DNA of 64,000 nt, from contig RHPI01002048.1 of the NCBI GenBank assembly GCA_009103225.1, positions 571,036 to 635,035 on the forward strand, given 5' to 3'. The stretch comes from Chlorokybus atmophyticus (Eukaryota > Plantae > Mesostigma and Chlorokybus algae). Within the stretch, counting starts at the first letter, position 1; each line of letters opens with the position of its first letter. This document shows positions 24,220-38,018 of the stretch, piece by piece. The notes below the pieces were generated by a model, which saw only the letters and a program-made list of their open reading frames with translations, did not search any database and had not been told where the DNA came from. The translations under genes and the position numbers were made by a program.

Positions 24220-27200
24220 AACTATCACAACACTTCACGGCTCCAGTCATGCGCGGTCACGCCCAAGTGCTCAATGGTCTCTCGCACAGACGCAAACAGC
24301 GCTCGCGCGGAAGGCTTGGCTTTTGGTGCATTCCTGATAGTCAACCTGCGCATCGTGCGTGGGGTTTGTGGGGTTGGATGCGCATGGGCTTGTGTGTATG
24401 TGCCCCCATAATGATATTGATGCTGATTGCATGGTTCTCTTCTAGTGAATCATACCTGTTGAAGTCGGCATGGCTATTTTGACGCACATTGATGCCCGCA
24501 CAATTGAACAGTTGCGCCTGCGCTAATCTTGCCTGCTCCGCAGCTTGCAATGCCTGTTGACATCAGGTTGAAGCGTTGTCTATGCGCGCATTTACGCATT
24601 GGCACTGTGCATGCGCACAACAGCACGACACTTATCCTAAACAACTGTTGCAATCGGGCGCGATCCGACCTGCGAGCGCTCTTGGACCCATTTCCGCCGC
24701 TGCATAGCCCACGAGAGCTGCTCAGACTGCAGCAGCTTCTCCATGGATTCCAGCTTGTGCTCCCTATCGTCAAGCTGAGATACCACAGGTGATGAGCACA
24801 ACTGCTGTCAACACATTGCAACACAAGACAACATCACAACACGCATGCAACAGCAACAACACAGTCGACCTGCTGCTGTCGTGTCACAAACATATGCTGT
24901 TCGGCAGCCAGCTGCTGTCTTTCACCCTGCAAGAAAAGCAAAGCCTGTCCTTGAACTACGGAGACAACAATGCCAACCGCGAGGTGAAAACTGCTGTGTG
25001 TACCAAGCAACTGGTGCGCATGCAGCCATGCACACCTGCAGCTCAGCCTGCTGCCGCTTGATATCACTGTGGCGCTCCCGCAACTTTTCGGAAGCTGCTC
25101 GAACCTACCAACACATTGCCTGTCAATGTGTGAAGCCGCTTTTGACCACGGAGTACCAACTTCTATTCAAGCAGATGCGTGGCAACTCTTCTTCTTTCAC
25201 CTCAATGCCTAGCTGGCTGACAGAAGCAGCGTCCTCGTCAAATGCCTTGATATCGGCCTTGTCACAGCACCCACATTAACACGACAACATGCACGCTCAC
25301 TCGCCTCAATGCCAGTGGGCATAACATACACGGCACGACATAATGACACACATGTGGACCGCAATGACAGCTTGAATAAGCACAGCTGCGGTAGAAACAC
25401 TCTCCTGAAGCTTGCAAGCTGCGCATCAGGAACCCACGAGCACCTACACTGTGTTTCCTTACCTCAAGCTGCGCCCTGCGACGCTCCATCTCATCTCTCT
25501 GCGCTTTGGTGGCGGCCAGGTCCTCGCGGCTGGTCCTCGCGCGAGCCTCCACGTCTGCAACACCCCGCGCAGCACTTTCCACTGCCGCCCGCTCTGTCCC
25601 CAGAGCACGGCGCTCCTGCAATGCGGGCAAGCATTGGTAAGCACTCAGGCAGGTAAAGTAAGGGGATCAACGGTTGGTAGCCACGCTGTATTACTACCGA
25701 GATGGCGTGCGTGAGGATGCTGTCGCGCTCCTTCTGGCACGCTTCGTGCGCTGCAGCCAATCTCGCCCTCTCCATGTTGCACACATCCTACATAACATGA
25801 CACCACGTTTCAAAAAACATCACTCATTCCCATCATCCCTTTGAGAGGAGCAAGACAGGCCAGGGCTTCACACACACCTGCAGGTGCACAAGCCTGGCGC
25901 GCTCTTCCTCAAGCACAAGGCGTTCCTACAATGTGTTGTAAGTTTTGCACATCCTCAATAGTTACCCATGCCATCAAGGCATGCCGTGAAATCGTGAGTG
26001 GTCATTCCGTGAGCAAAGCATATTGAACAATACCATGCGCGCTCATGTGTTGTCTTGTACCTCATCTTGACGGCGCTGCAGGGCCGCCGCTGCACTCTCC
26101 ACCGCGCCACGCAAAGCACCAAGCTGAGGCCAATCAACAATGTAGCGTTCAGTTTAATCGCATTAGCACATGACCAAGTTTTCAAGTGTAGAAATGCATG
26201 AACACGCACGTACAGAGATTCTGCTTGCTCTCAAGCACGCAAGTACCTGCTGTGTAGCGGCTGCAACATGTCGCTCGCGCTCAAGCAGAATTGTCGCAGA
26301 CACGGATGCGTTGTTTGGATGTGAGGCAGCTAGCGGCTGCGACATTTTGAGCAATTCAGCAGCTGAAACACGCATACTGTACATTGTGTTGTGTGTTGCA
26401 TGGCACGAGAGTCATGACAATTACTGTTCGAATAGGCATGATATATTGAGTGTTAATATGCATATCTACATTTTTCCAGCCGTCTTGCTCATCAACTAGG
26501 ATGCAACAAACTGATTAATATAAACCAAGCGCGAAAGAATGCATAAGCTATGCAGTGCTTGCACCTGTAGACCAGATAATAAAACAGGCACAGCAGCGCC
26601 ACCGTTACTTTCAACTCGCAATACCTCGCGGTGTTTTGCTGCAAGCACTTTGAGCATGTCCATGGCATCATCCACCTTCGAACCAAACTGTGCGCACGCC
26701 TCAATCCACTCAGCCTGCTCGCATGCGATCCAATGTAAGACCATGTCTGAAACTGTAACAACTAAAACGTGGAGACTGACCACTCACCTGAGGCCTGCTG
26801 CCTGCAGGAGGTATATGCTGCTCTTCTCGCAACTGAGCCTGAAGCTTTGCCAGCTTTACCTCATGTTCCTGGCCGGACACAAATGCATGCCCATCAGAGA
26901 TGTTGCAAATTGCGATAAATGAAAACGCTTGATGCCCTGTCCTCACTTTTTGAAGTTGCGCTTCGCGCGCACGCAACTCCCCAACCTCAACCCTCAGCCT
27001 TGCAAGCTCTTTCTTCTCATCACGCCGTCGTCTCGCACGCTGCTCCGGATCCTCCTTCTCCCTCTCCTTGTCCTTGTCAGCAGCGACGTCCTTGTCCGCT
27101 TTGACATGCCGTGATGACGATACCTTTGTTGTGGTGGATGCTTGAGATGTTGACATAGCCCTTGTTGTAGTTGTCAGCGTTGCCTGGATGGACGGAGGTG

Positions 27201-27579
27201 TTGCATGCAGCTTCTTTTCAGGACGCTTGCTGCTGCCACTACTACTGTGTGCAGGCGTATGCTTCACTGTGTTCTGCAGTTGCAACTGCTGTTTGAGGAG
27301 AGATGTGGACAAATTGGTTGCGTTGCGAAGGCAATGCAAAGTAGTCATTCCTGTAAACAATACATAGCTACAAACCTGAGATGCGTGTAAGCGAGCAGGC
27401 GGAGAGGTTGGGGAGTGCAGCTCGTCAGACAGGACAGCTTCAAAGTCCTCTGAGCATATGACAACATCATATCAGCACATACGTCAAGCTTGCATGGGCA
27501 CCCTAACGCTATGGCTCGTGTGCGAGCGCTTACCCGAGTAGTCATGACCGTCATCATCAGCACCTGGATCGCCGGCCAT
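24220..27579 (-). CDS. Multi-exon coiled-coil protein of unknown function (3' end uncertain)
   Basis: ATG at 27579 (MAGDPGADDDGHDYS) preceded by an in-frame stop. Many short GT-AG exons encode E/R/A/Q-rich heptads, e.g. KELARLRVEVGELRAREAQLQK, ERLVLEEERARLVHLQ, LDDREHKLESMEKLLQSE. Confidence 0.65.
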
Positions 27580-28888
27580 TGTATGTTGATATCCTTAGTC
27601 GAGTCGCTTTCTTCACATTGCCGCCTATTGGTTGCATTGTTGGCAACAAGCAAGCATGTCAGCGATAGCGTTTGCAATGTTTGCTAGTGCTGAAGCACAC
27701 AAGCAGCTTGATTTGACTACACGACATCTGATGTGACGGTGTCGCAACACCTTATGTTGCAGCATGCTCAGTGCGTTACAACACAGCACACAGCAATCAC
27801 GTATCAAAGGTTACGTGACCAAAGTTCAAAAGCTAGATAATCACTGCAACAAAATGCGCCAAACTCACCGACTTTGTTTAAACACGTGTGATGATTGTTG
27901 CCAGCTTACAGTGTTCAATGTGTGTGAAGGTGACAGCTGAAACCCTAATGCTAGACCACGCCATGCTTGGTTGGTTGCTTGCCTCAAGCATCCACCAACT
28001 ACCAACCTGCTTCACCCGATCGTCAACTTCGAGCCAATCAGCGCAGCCACCCGCTACCCGAGACAAGACCAGCCACCTCCCCCCCAAGCCAAATCCCAGC
28101 TCCGGCGATGGCGGCGACGCCGCCAGCTACGCCAACGACGTCTCCCGCCACGCCGCCTCAATGACAACAACATTCAAAATAATCCGCTGCGACCGTTTTC
28201 TGAAAAAGTACGCCGACAACCGACGGTCGATTCAGTCGAGGTTGAACAATGGTCAATCGATGGATAGTCCGCCAAAGTGTCGACTATCGATGCATCCAGA
28301 GCAGTCGACGGTCGGCACTGAGGGGGCCTGAGTTACATAATTGCATAATTGCAGCACGTGACCACCAGCTGTTTCCTTTCGTTGTGCATGTCGCGATTGA
28401 TGTTGACTGGGTGCCACTTGGTGCCGAGTTGGGTGGGGATCTAGGGTCATAATGACCTTGCTTAGGTTCACGGGCGTGAGCGATGCGCACACGGCTTGCA
28501 GGTTGTCTGCCTGAGTTGCACAAGTGTGCAAAGCAGTGCAGTAAGAACTTGGTGCTAGCTCATACGCTGACCACCGCACTCGGCAGTGTGGCTCACACGC
28601 TACACTTTAAAGGCACTTTGTAGAGTGGCAGCAGCCTGCCGCACTGCTGCTTACTCTTCCAGGCCTACACTAAGTAAGCCACACAGCCACCCAAAGAAGC
28701 ATACACTCCTGTTCCCGGAAGGCATTCCCAACGCAACAAGCAAAGTAAAGGGTGCGACGATGAGGGTGTGTGAAAGCTGACAAACAGCAGTGTAGAGCTG
28801 TGAACGCTGCTGCTGTTGTTGTTGATGATGATGTTGTGCTTGTGGTGATGGGCGACCAATCCTAGGCTAGGGTTTTGGGGTAGGCGGT

Positions 28889-29436
28889 ATGAGGCAGCAG
28901 GCGGCAGCAGCGGCGGCGGGGGCTAGGGTTGACCTGGAGGACGCCAGCTCTGCGGCTGGGAGCGATGATGTGGGCGACGGCAGGGATGGAGAGGAGGAGT
29001 GGGAGGAGCAGGAGGGGAGGGAGAAAGAGGGAGGCGCAGGGGGAGGCGGACTGGTCATTGGGTACGACAGCCGGCTGCCCATGCTCAAGCTGCCCCCTGA
29101 CCTCTTCCGCTCCTCTGCTCCAGGGGCTGTGGCAGCTATGGCCATGGCTGCTGCCGCCGCCACTGCCTCCAGGCGCAAGAGTGAGTACACCACGTGGACG
29201 CAAGACAATAACTTGTGTGTTGTTGCTATAGGTGCTTTACCCAACACAACAACAATCACGTCAACAACTACACGATGATGCCGGTTGTGGTTGTGATTTG
29301 TTGAGACGTATGCCTGTTGTAACGTTGCAGCACATCTCCTGCATATATTCATCATCATTCTATGTGGATAAGAGGGCAGCAGACACGCAATCTGCAGTAA
29401 AACAGACATCAATACCTTCACACTCTCGTGTTCACG

Positions 29437-29520
<84 letters not shown>

Positions 29521-32500
29521 AACACGCATACGCGCAGTTGCACACGCACGCACGCACGCACGCATAAAAACGTGCGCGTACACATGCTCACACATGCACG
29601 CACACACGCGCGCGTGTGTATACATAGGCCCATGTCGATGTCATGGCATTGATGGACATGGTCACAATCTACACACCCACCTCACAAACAAAGAAAACAA
29701 GGATTTTAGGATTTCATGACATAACTTGAGACGGTGATCAACATGGAGTGATACCACCATGTGAGTACACACGCGCGAATGAGCGAGTTCTTCCTTTACC
29801 CTTGGCAGGGGCATCAAGTCACCTTGTGACAACCTCTCTTCCCGCTCTCTCCGTCTCGCAACCCTCCTTCTCTCTCTTTCCCGCGCAAGTTGCCCAAGAG
29901 CTCACCACGCAGAAGCGCGAGCGCGTGGAACTCCTTGCCGCCCTCGCCACCTTCAAAAGGGTACGCAGCTGAAATGTTGTGATACTGTAACGGCAACATC
30001 ATGTGTGTCAACATCATCTGCTTCTTCTCCTTGACAGGAATCACAGGCGTCAGCTGCCGCAAATGACCCGAGTGCCGGGACGGCGTATGGGATTGATATG
30101 GGCGCAGTGATCAAGCGTGCAGTGAGTGTCGAATGGACTGGAGTAATTTGGGTTTGCTGAAGAGCTGCTGTTTGAGTTGTTGTTGTGCGTGCTTGTGTGT
30201 GCAGAAAGAGCTCAGGGCCAAGGCGGACGCACTGTTCAATGAGCGCATACGGTTAGCTCATAGAATCACCATAATCCCATCATCACCATGGTCGTCATAA
30301 CCACCACCTCCACCATCATCATCATTACCTTCTCAGCATTGCATCATCATGATGTCATTGCAGGAAGGAGGACGAGTTGAAACGGAGGCAGGACGCAGCG
30401 CGCGATCTTGAGCAGGCCTCTGTATCCGGCAGAGATGCTAGTCCCACCACAACCAATACTGATCCCCATGACAGTGCGGGCATGACTCCAAGTACAGCTG
30501 GCGATCACTCTAAAGAGGAGGAGCTTACGGAGGTGTGGGCTGCTGCTGTCTGTGCGGCAACTTGGCCTAACACCGATTTAGACACAACAGTATCAACTGC
30601 AGGTGGTGAGGAGTTATTCTGAGGAGGTGGTCATGGCGCTAACGTACAAGCAGATGTGCGAGAGACTGCGCAAAGAGGCAAGTTTAACATGAGCATGTGT
30701 ATACGCTTACTGGAGTCATGTTGTGACTTTCAACTGTATGTCACGCAGAGAGACAAGCGAGAGAAAGATGTGCTGGAGCTCAGGCTGCAGGTGACTGTTG
30801 CTGCTGCTACTGTCGTTGTTGTTGTTGGAGTTGCCAACGTCATTGTTGTTGTTGTAGATAGATATGTCATTGTCGCTATCATGTTGCTGGCTGGTGTGCC
30901 ATTGTCTCACAGTGTTAATGCCCAGGCCGAGGAGTGCGAATTGCAACGCTCGCTGCTAAAAACAACGCAAGTTGAGGCCCAGCAAGCCAAGGCATGTTGC
31001 TTGTGAACTTATGGCACCATCAACAATAGCAGTTTTGTCATCAATGTCATCATCACTCTCCTTGTGCAGCACATTGCGGACCTTGACTTAGCCAACCTGA
31101 AGAAGTCCATGGCTGCCTCCAGCAAGGTGTGCAGATCGCTTGCTTTGCTAACGATTCGTAACCTGTGTCCATAGTTGAATACCGTGACACAAGCCTTCGT
31201 GATTGTCCTTGTCCAAGTCAAGCCTTTTGTTTCAATAGGATTGGAGCCGGCGGCTGCAGGAGAGGCGAAAGGAGTTGAAATCGTACGAGCGAGAGCGACA
31301 CAAAATGCAGGATGTGAGCAACAGTTTCTTGTTGTGTTGTTTATCATACTGCAGCAAGAAGAATGTAAACCTATATGTTACCAACAACAGGAGCTGGAGC
31401 GTGACATGACCGCAGCGCTTGAGAGGCAACGTGCGCGCAAGCAGAGCCTCGCGTACGCCCGCACCATGTCCATTGTCACGGAGATTAAAACCTTCCTCAC
31501 AGACCAGGTCTTTGCAGCCAACAGCTCTGTATAGTTGATGCGTGCACATGATATGTGTATGCTTGCTTGACTGACTGATGCAACCCTCAGACTACTTCAG
31601 TCATGCATGAGGGTTACGCGAGGCTGCAGCACTTTGCGGGAGGCGCCGGCTCACCCGAAGAAATCATTGAAGCCTACCACAACCTTGTACGCATGAGCTA
31701 CCAACTGATATGACTGTACAACAGCGTTCAAGTTTTGCTTTGTTGTGCACGCTTGTAATTTAAAATTTTATTAAGCCCTTGGAGCACTGTGCAGGATCTC
31801 AAAGCAGCTGCTGTGAAGAAAGCGGTGGCCGAGGCTGAAGCAAGGCAAGCTCAGTACTTTGCAACCTTGCAACAATTGCAGCGAAGTACGCATGCAAAGC
31901 AGTCAGCATGCAACCCAACTGATGGGATTGTCCTCATTGCAGGGAACGCAACAGGCGCACAGAGTTTGACTTCTTGAAACAAGAGTCTGATGAATGCAAG
32001 ACTCTGGGATACAGCAAGCTGTCACACAGGTATTGTTAAAAGTCTTCAGTCATTTGTGTTCAGCCCGTTGTGTAGTTCAACCAACATAGTGTTACTTTAT
32101 TCCAACAGGAACTATGACGGCACAGTCAACGCCCTTGGGGCAGCCAAAGAGTCCGAGACTCAGGCCTTCCACAGATACCAAGAAATGCTCAAGGTACATC
32201 GGGGTGATTTACATTCCAACTCTGTTTCATCACCTCTCTCCTTCATTACCACCTACCTTTCTGATTTTCTCTGTACCCTGCAGTTGACAGTGGCGGTGGA
32301 GTCCGGGCTGCACGCGCTTCTGCAGTCCTTGACTGCAGCACTGCCAGGGGACACTTTTATCAAGATGCAAGCAGGAAGGACGCCTGGCAGGATGCCAACG
32401 GTGACCACCACCAATGGCAACAAGACCCTCAACAGGATTGACAGCAACAACAGCAGCTTTGTCAGGCGGGGAGACAATGACGACACGCATGGAGCGGCCT

Positions 32501-33326
32501 CAGACATGGCGTCCCCTAACTCTCAGGTGTGCATCAGTTTGAGCTATGTTGTTGCTTGGGTACTGTTTGCAGCTCTCTTGCTTGCTGAGGGTGTTGTTGT
32601 TCTACCCCTCCTACAGGCACACGGGACTTTGGACAGTGCCCGGTCGCTGCACGAGCATCATGCAAACCAGCGGCGTTCAATCATACCTGACGCCATCACT
32701 GCTGCTCATAGCGATGAGCCCCTTGTGGGCTTATTGCAGGTAGGTCCATCCAGCCGCTGCACGCCATACACACATATGTATACCTTACAAGTCTTGAGTG
32801 GCTGCTGAAAAATGGAAATACCGGCAGGCCTGCAGTGACAAGATAGAGCGCCTGGTGTCTATGTTGCCCGCGTCCATGTTGGCCAGCCCGTCCGCGGAAG
32901 CGCTTGCCAGTTTCCGAGCCCTTTCCACGCATACGACGTTCTACGCTCTTCGCAATGAGGTTGAACATGATGATGAAGAGCAGGGGATCACTGCAGAGGG
33001 GGAGGACTCGGTGAAGGATGTGGTCGTGGGTGAAGCGCTGAAGTCAGGCAACTCTGCTCCGCTGCGATACCACCATACAGCATGTGCGTGTGTGGTCCAA
33101 CCGCTGCATGTCTGGTCTCTTGTGTGACTGTTGGTTAGAACCAAACATTAACCAGCTTGTGTTTTCTGGTCCAGCGCCCGAGCCCATGGATAGAAAGCAG
33201 TTGAAGCGGCAATCTGAGGCTCTGGTTGTATCATCGGCACGCGGAAGAAGTCCACAATGTGATCCGTCGAAGTCATCAAGATCCATGCGAGGCGCGCGGT
33301 CGCTGCAGCCAGCGACCTTGGCATGA
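28889..33326 (+). CDS. Coiled-coil protein, probably outer-dynein-arm docking-complex / CCDC151-like
   Basis: More than 15 short in-frame exons. Segments recalled as similar to the ODA-DC family: GYARLQHFAGGAGSPEEIIEAY, LTVAVESGLHALLQSL, C-terminal DRKQLKRQSEALV. Family assignment is from memory and not verified. Confidence 0.6.
29447..29518. repeat. (CA)36 microsatellite in intron 1
   Basis: Read directly from the sequence. Confidence 0.97.
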
Positions 33327-33865
33327 GCCCTGTCTCACATAATTGTTGCCATTCATTTACATGCGGTTCACTGCAGTGACCCCATGTTTGCTGGTTGAGG
33401 CTTTTTGGCAGTTGATCTCCTCAGGGCAGAACAATGTGCATGTGTGCATAAAGAGTTGCATGCAACTCTCTGTACTGTGCAAGACAATTGTGAGAGATAT
33501 CGGAAGTAGCTCCAGAGAGGCCCATGTATCATGCTGCTTGTGCACTCTCCTTATGTATTGCGCTGCATAATGTGAGATTTTCCCTCAAAGTGTTTGCCAG
33601 CGACTTGGCAATGCATCACCAGTCAGGAAAGGGGTGCATCCACAATCCTGCCAACAGTCTTGAGCCCATATGGGGCATGACATGTAAACAACTGGACTTG
33701 ACAATCGAGAGACATGGTCAGTATAAGTGCAGCCTACTGGCTGCTATCTTACAGAACTACTGCATGTGCATCGTAGTAGAGCAGGAATGTACCTAACTAT
33801 ACATATTTCACAACAGGTACCTTGCCAAAGACTACTCACGTTCGAGCACACAATGTAGTGGGTGT

Positions 33866-36800
33866 CTATCTCCGCAACCATTTCCTACACTTAGCGCTGC
33901 CGCACTTGCAGGGCACGGCACCCTTGCCGCCATCTTTTGCATCATTAGGTTCCTGGCTGGCGCCCTCTGCGTACCAGCCGTAGTCATATGTGAGCTCCGC
34001 GTACTTGCGGATGTCGCGTTTTGCGAAGAAACCGATGCGGTGCAAGTCTTTGTTTGACGTTTCGACGAGCATGTTGTAGACTACCAGATTGGCGTCGCAG
34101 CTGCACACATCGTTGCTGAGCTTCGGTATATGTAGCCACCACGTGCCAAAGTACAAAACAGACAGTATGTGATGTGAGCACTGACTGCATCTCAACCGGT
34201 AATCAGACTGTATGTCACAGCGAAAGTTCTGATGCATATACGGACAAACGCCAGATTGAGACCACCGAACAACAATGCGTGCCTGTGGTTGATGAAGCGC
34301 GCAACGTTGCCGCAATGCGTTGGGTCAATGGTGTACGGGCAGTCCTCATCCTCGTCGCGGGGATTTCCATCAACATTAAAAAGCATGCTAAAGCGCATCA
34401 CAGGAGAGTCAGAAGCCCGGATGCTCTCCCATACTACCATTGCCAACAACCATGCAACTGGCTTACTTGAGGCCGCATGCATTGTAACCAACTTCCCGCA
34501 CGGACGCCTCCTCATGGCTGATGATCTCGCCAACATACTCCACCACAAAGGTCCCACTGCGTCGCACTTGATTGTCACAGACCATATGCAAATAACTCTT
34601 AACTACTGAATACTTAGCATCCCATGAGTTGCTAACAATAACAATAAGCAGTACTCTCGACAAGGCTCAGCACCATGCTTGGAGTGACGCGCGACCCAGC
34701 TTGTTTGCAAATTGACAAACCTTTTGATATGAGTAAATTGATATGTGTGAACAGAGCCAGGCACAATTGACAACATACCGCTCAATAAACTCCAGCGTCC
34801 TCAAGCCCCAGCCCTTGTCACGAGTACAGAAGACCTGGAGCTGTGCTCGAATGCCGAGCTGCACTACCCTGTTGGGACACCGCTGGTCGCACCAGCAGCT
34901 CTCATTGCATTCGACGATGAAGTCATCGCGGGGACAAAGCTGCACCTGTGTGTTGATATCGAGTTGTTACGTGCACTGTTACGGAGCGTTGCGCAGGCCT
35001 TGACTGCCCACTGTGTTCACAGCACCACCACCTGCTCACCTTCTTTTGCCGGTTGTATGGCAACCTGCCACGCATGCCCAAAGGCCTGTGCTTGTCTGTG
35101 AAGTCAATTTCATACACGGAAGCTCTCGGGTCCTGGCCGTCTGCTACACAATGCTGCACCAACATAAATGCAATAAGAACAGCCACCCAATATTCGTGAA
35201 CCTGCATTGTCGAATTGCCAGTATAGTCTCAACGTTCACCTTGTAGTGACCACACGTGTCGTGCAGACCGCGGCGGCCTGTGAACGAGCAATCGGATTGC
35301 GAGTCTTGCACGCAGCGGCAGCCGCGTGCTGGGAATAGGCTGCGAAGTGACTCTGTGCACGGCTACATTGATATCAAGGCGATGCGCACACACAATCACA
35401 CAACCTGGTGTTGCTGAATGTACCTGTAGAGAGCTTGCTGGACTTGTGAAACACCCGCTCTCGTATGTAAACAAACTCAGGAGGCCTGTCGGTGCCGATT
35501 GAGTTCACGCAAGGGATGGCATACTCTTCCTTGCCGCCGCTGATGTCCTCGCACACCACTGCAGCATGTAGATCTGGACGGAAAATGATTGTCATTGCAT
35601 TGTTCTCTATGACAGCATGCACTGTGCAGACGGCAGCCTTACCTTCGCAGGGCACTTCCTCATGACTCACTGGGTCAAGCAGCTCGCGCTGCGCCTTGGT
35701 ATCCGTGCGCTCGTTGGGTGTAATGGCGGGCGTTGTGGGCTGCAGACACACATATCAAGGCACTCAGATCAACCTCCGCAGATCATGCACACACATGCAA
35801 CCAAGTACAAGGCCACACGCATGCACATGCGTGCGCGCACACGCTGGCCCCCACATCAAGACAAACCGTCTTTGTACAGCATATGATCGAATGCACGAAG
35901 CAAATGGCTTGCCTCACTTGCGATCAGCGGCGGGCAGGCATTGCTCAACTGTTGTATTATGCTCTTGAGGCTGCGCAGCACCTCCACGCCCTGCTGACTA
36001 CCCAGACGGCCAAAGGCAGCCAGCATCTGCTGCAGCGAGTAACCTGCAACACACCAAGCTCAAACCATGGGTGTTGTGGATTACAGAGTACACTCACAGA
36101 CTGAAGAAAACTCAAACCCACACACGAACTAAGCCTACCTTGTTTGCGCTGCAGCACTCCCTTGGACTCTAGGAGCTGCGCGACATCGGTGGTTCTCCAG
36201 AGGTCAACGACGCCAACCTTGCCAAAACTCGAGACAAGTTCGTCGGTAGTGCGAGCGCGGATGGGCTTCTCACCCTTTACGCCAGGAGCGCCTCCTTGCA
36301 GACAGCTGGCGCACAGGACGCCGGGCTGCACCTGGGCGCGGCCCTCCTGCGCTTCGGCCCACACGCACGGCCAGTGCCAGATTTTCTTACAGTGGGCCGT
36401 TGCGCACGTGACGGACGCACCCTTCTTCCTGCATGCGCTTCGCGCACACTGCATGCGCACATGCACACATTAAGGAAAAATGATCGCCTGTGTCATACAT
36501 CTCAAACCTGCAGGTGGACGTAGTACAATCACGTCCTCACATAAGCGAGTGACACTCTCTTACAGCAAATCTGGCTGCATGCTTCAGGGCCTGAGGGACT
36601 TTCTTAAACGCGCCCTCCAGGTTGTTGTCGTATGCAAGGCTCGCCATGCGAGCGCACAAGTCATGAACAAACCTGCAAACACAACATTAACACCAGGAGG
36701 ACATTGGTTGGTAGCAACAAGACTGCCCAAACACACGCACCGCTCATCTGGCTTGGCGCACGTGCAGTATATGTCCGCCTTCCCACAGCACACGGCCACA

Positions 36801-38018
36801 AAAGGCAGGATGGTTGTGCCCGCCAACCGGCTCGGATCCCAATCAACTTCAGGCGGGAGATCCCCTCTGATCCCGCACAACACGCATACGGTCTTCACCG
36901 TGCGCGGCTGCATTGCCAATGTCGCTGAATGCCTCCGCATGAGCGCTTTCCTGCATCAGCATGATGCTGGTGATGACAACAGCGACGACGATGATGATTG
37001 CAGCGTCACTGAGCCATGTCCTCCACGCAAACCTGTGTTGAGGTAGGGTCATTGCCATAAGCGAAGTGCGTGTGTCTTTGCGCAGATGACCATCAGCCGC
37101 TGATGTCGGACGGGTTGTGCTGGGATTGTTAAGCTCCACACGCTTTTGCTCAACAAGACGCAATGCTGAAGTAATCGTTGTTGAATCATTGTCATTGTCA
37201 TTGTTGTTGTTGTTGTTGTTGTTGATGTTGTCGACGTTATTGTTGTTGTCAGACGCCATGCGCGGTTGAAGCACGGCGCCAGATGCGAAATCCAACTCCT
37301 GATCCGAAGATCGCGTGCTGCTTGAAAGAAATTCTTTCACCACTGCAGCAGACGTGCCATCGTAGAACTCGAAAAGCGGCTGCATGTCTGTCTCTTGCTC
37401 AAACTGTCGCAATGTTCGCTGCGCAGCTTGTGCACCTGCTGCCAGGCTCGCTGGAGAGTGTGGTACCTCAGCAAGAGTTGCGGCCAGGAGTGGACTCTGC
37501 GTGAGAGTGCCGTGTGTCATGCACTGAATTCCAAGCAAGCGGCGTTATGTCGTGCAGGTTGACACTAAAACACCAACCAATGCGTCCAATACTCATCACC
37601 GATCTGCAATGCATGCGAGACCAGCATAACCCACACTACAAATCAATACCTGGCCAGCATTCTTGCGCTCGTCAGCCCCTGCATGCTCTGGCGCTTCTAC
37701 CGTTTCATGCAGTCGCCGCCGCTTGGCTTCCCTCACCTCACCCTCCTCCATTTCACTCTCGCTCTCCTCTACTTCCGACTCGTCGCTAATGAGAATGACT
37801 TCACCCTCAGCTATCTCGCAAGGAGGCCAAAATGCACTCGGCTTCCGGTCTTCCTCGCCTTCTTCTCTGCACCTCTTGGGTCTCTCGCGCAGCCGCTGCT
37901 GAAGGCTTTGGATGGTGTGCATGATGGCTGCAAAGCGTGGCATTGCGTCGCGAGCCTGCTGGAGCGTCTCCGCCGTCCGTCTCAAAGCCGCGGCCACCGC
38001 CATCGGCGGCGACCGCAT
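33866..38018 (-). CDS. Su(var)3-9-class histone-lysine methyltransferase (pre-SET/SET/post-SET) with an upstream extended PHD finger
   Basis: CEDISGGKEEYAIPCVN, CNESCWCDQRCPNRVVQLG, KGWGLR, FVVEYVGEII, GNVARFINH, ELTYDYG, post-SET CKCGSAKCRKWL. ePHD: CVLC...FVHDLCA...C-C-GASVTC-C-WHWPC. Start at ATG 38018 or 38003. Confidence 0.88.

Noticed and set aside
28867-29652. Long ORFs with VCVCVC / THTHTH runs
   Set aside because: Artefacts of the intronic (CA)n microsatellite.
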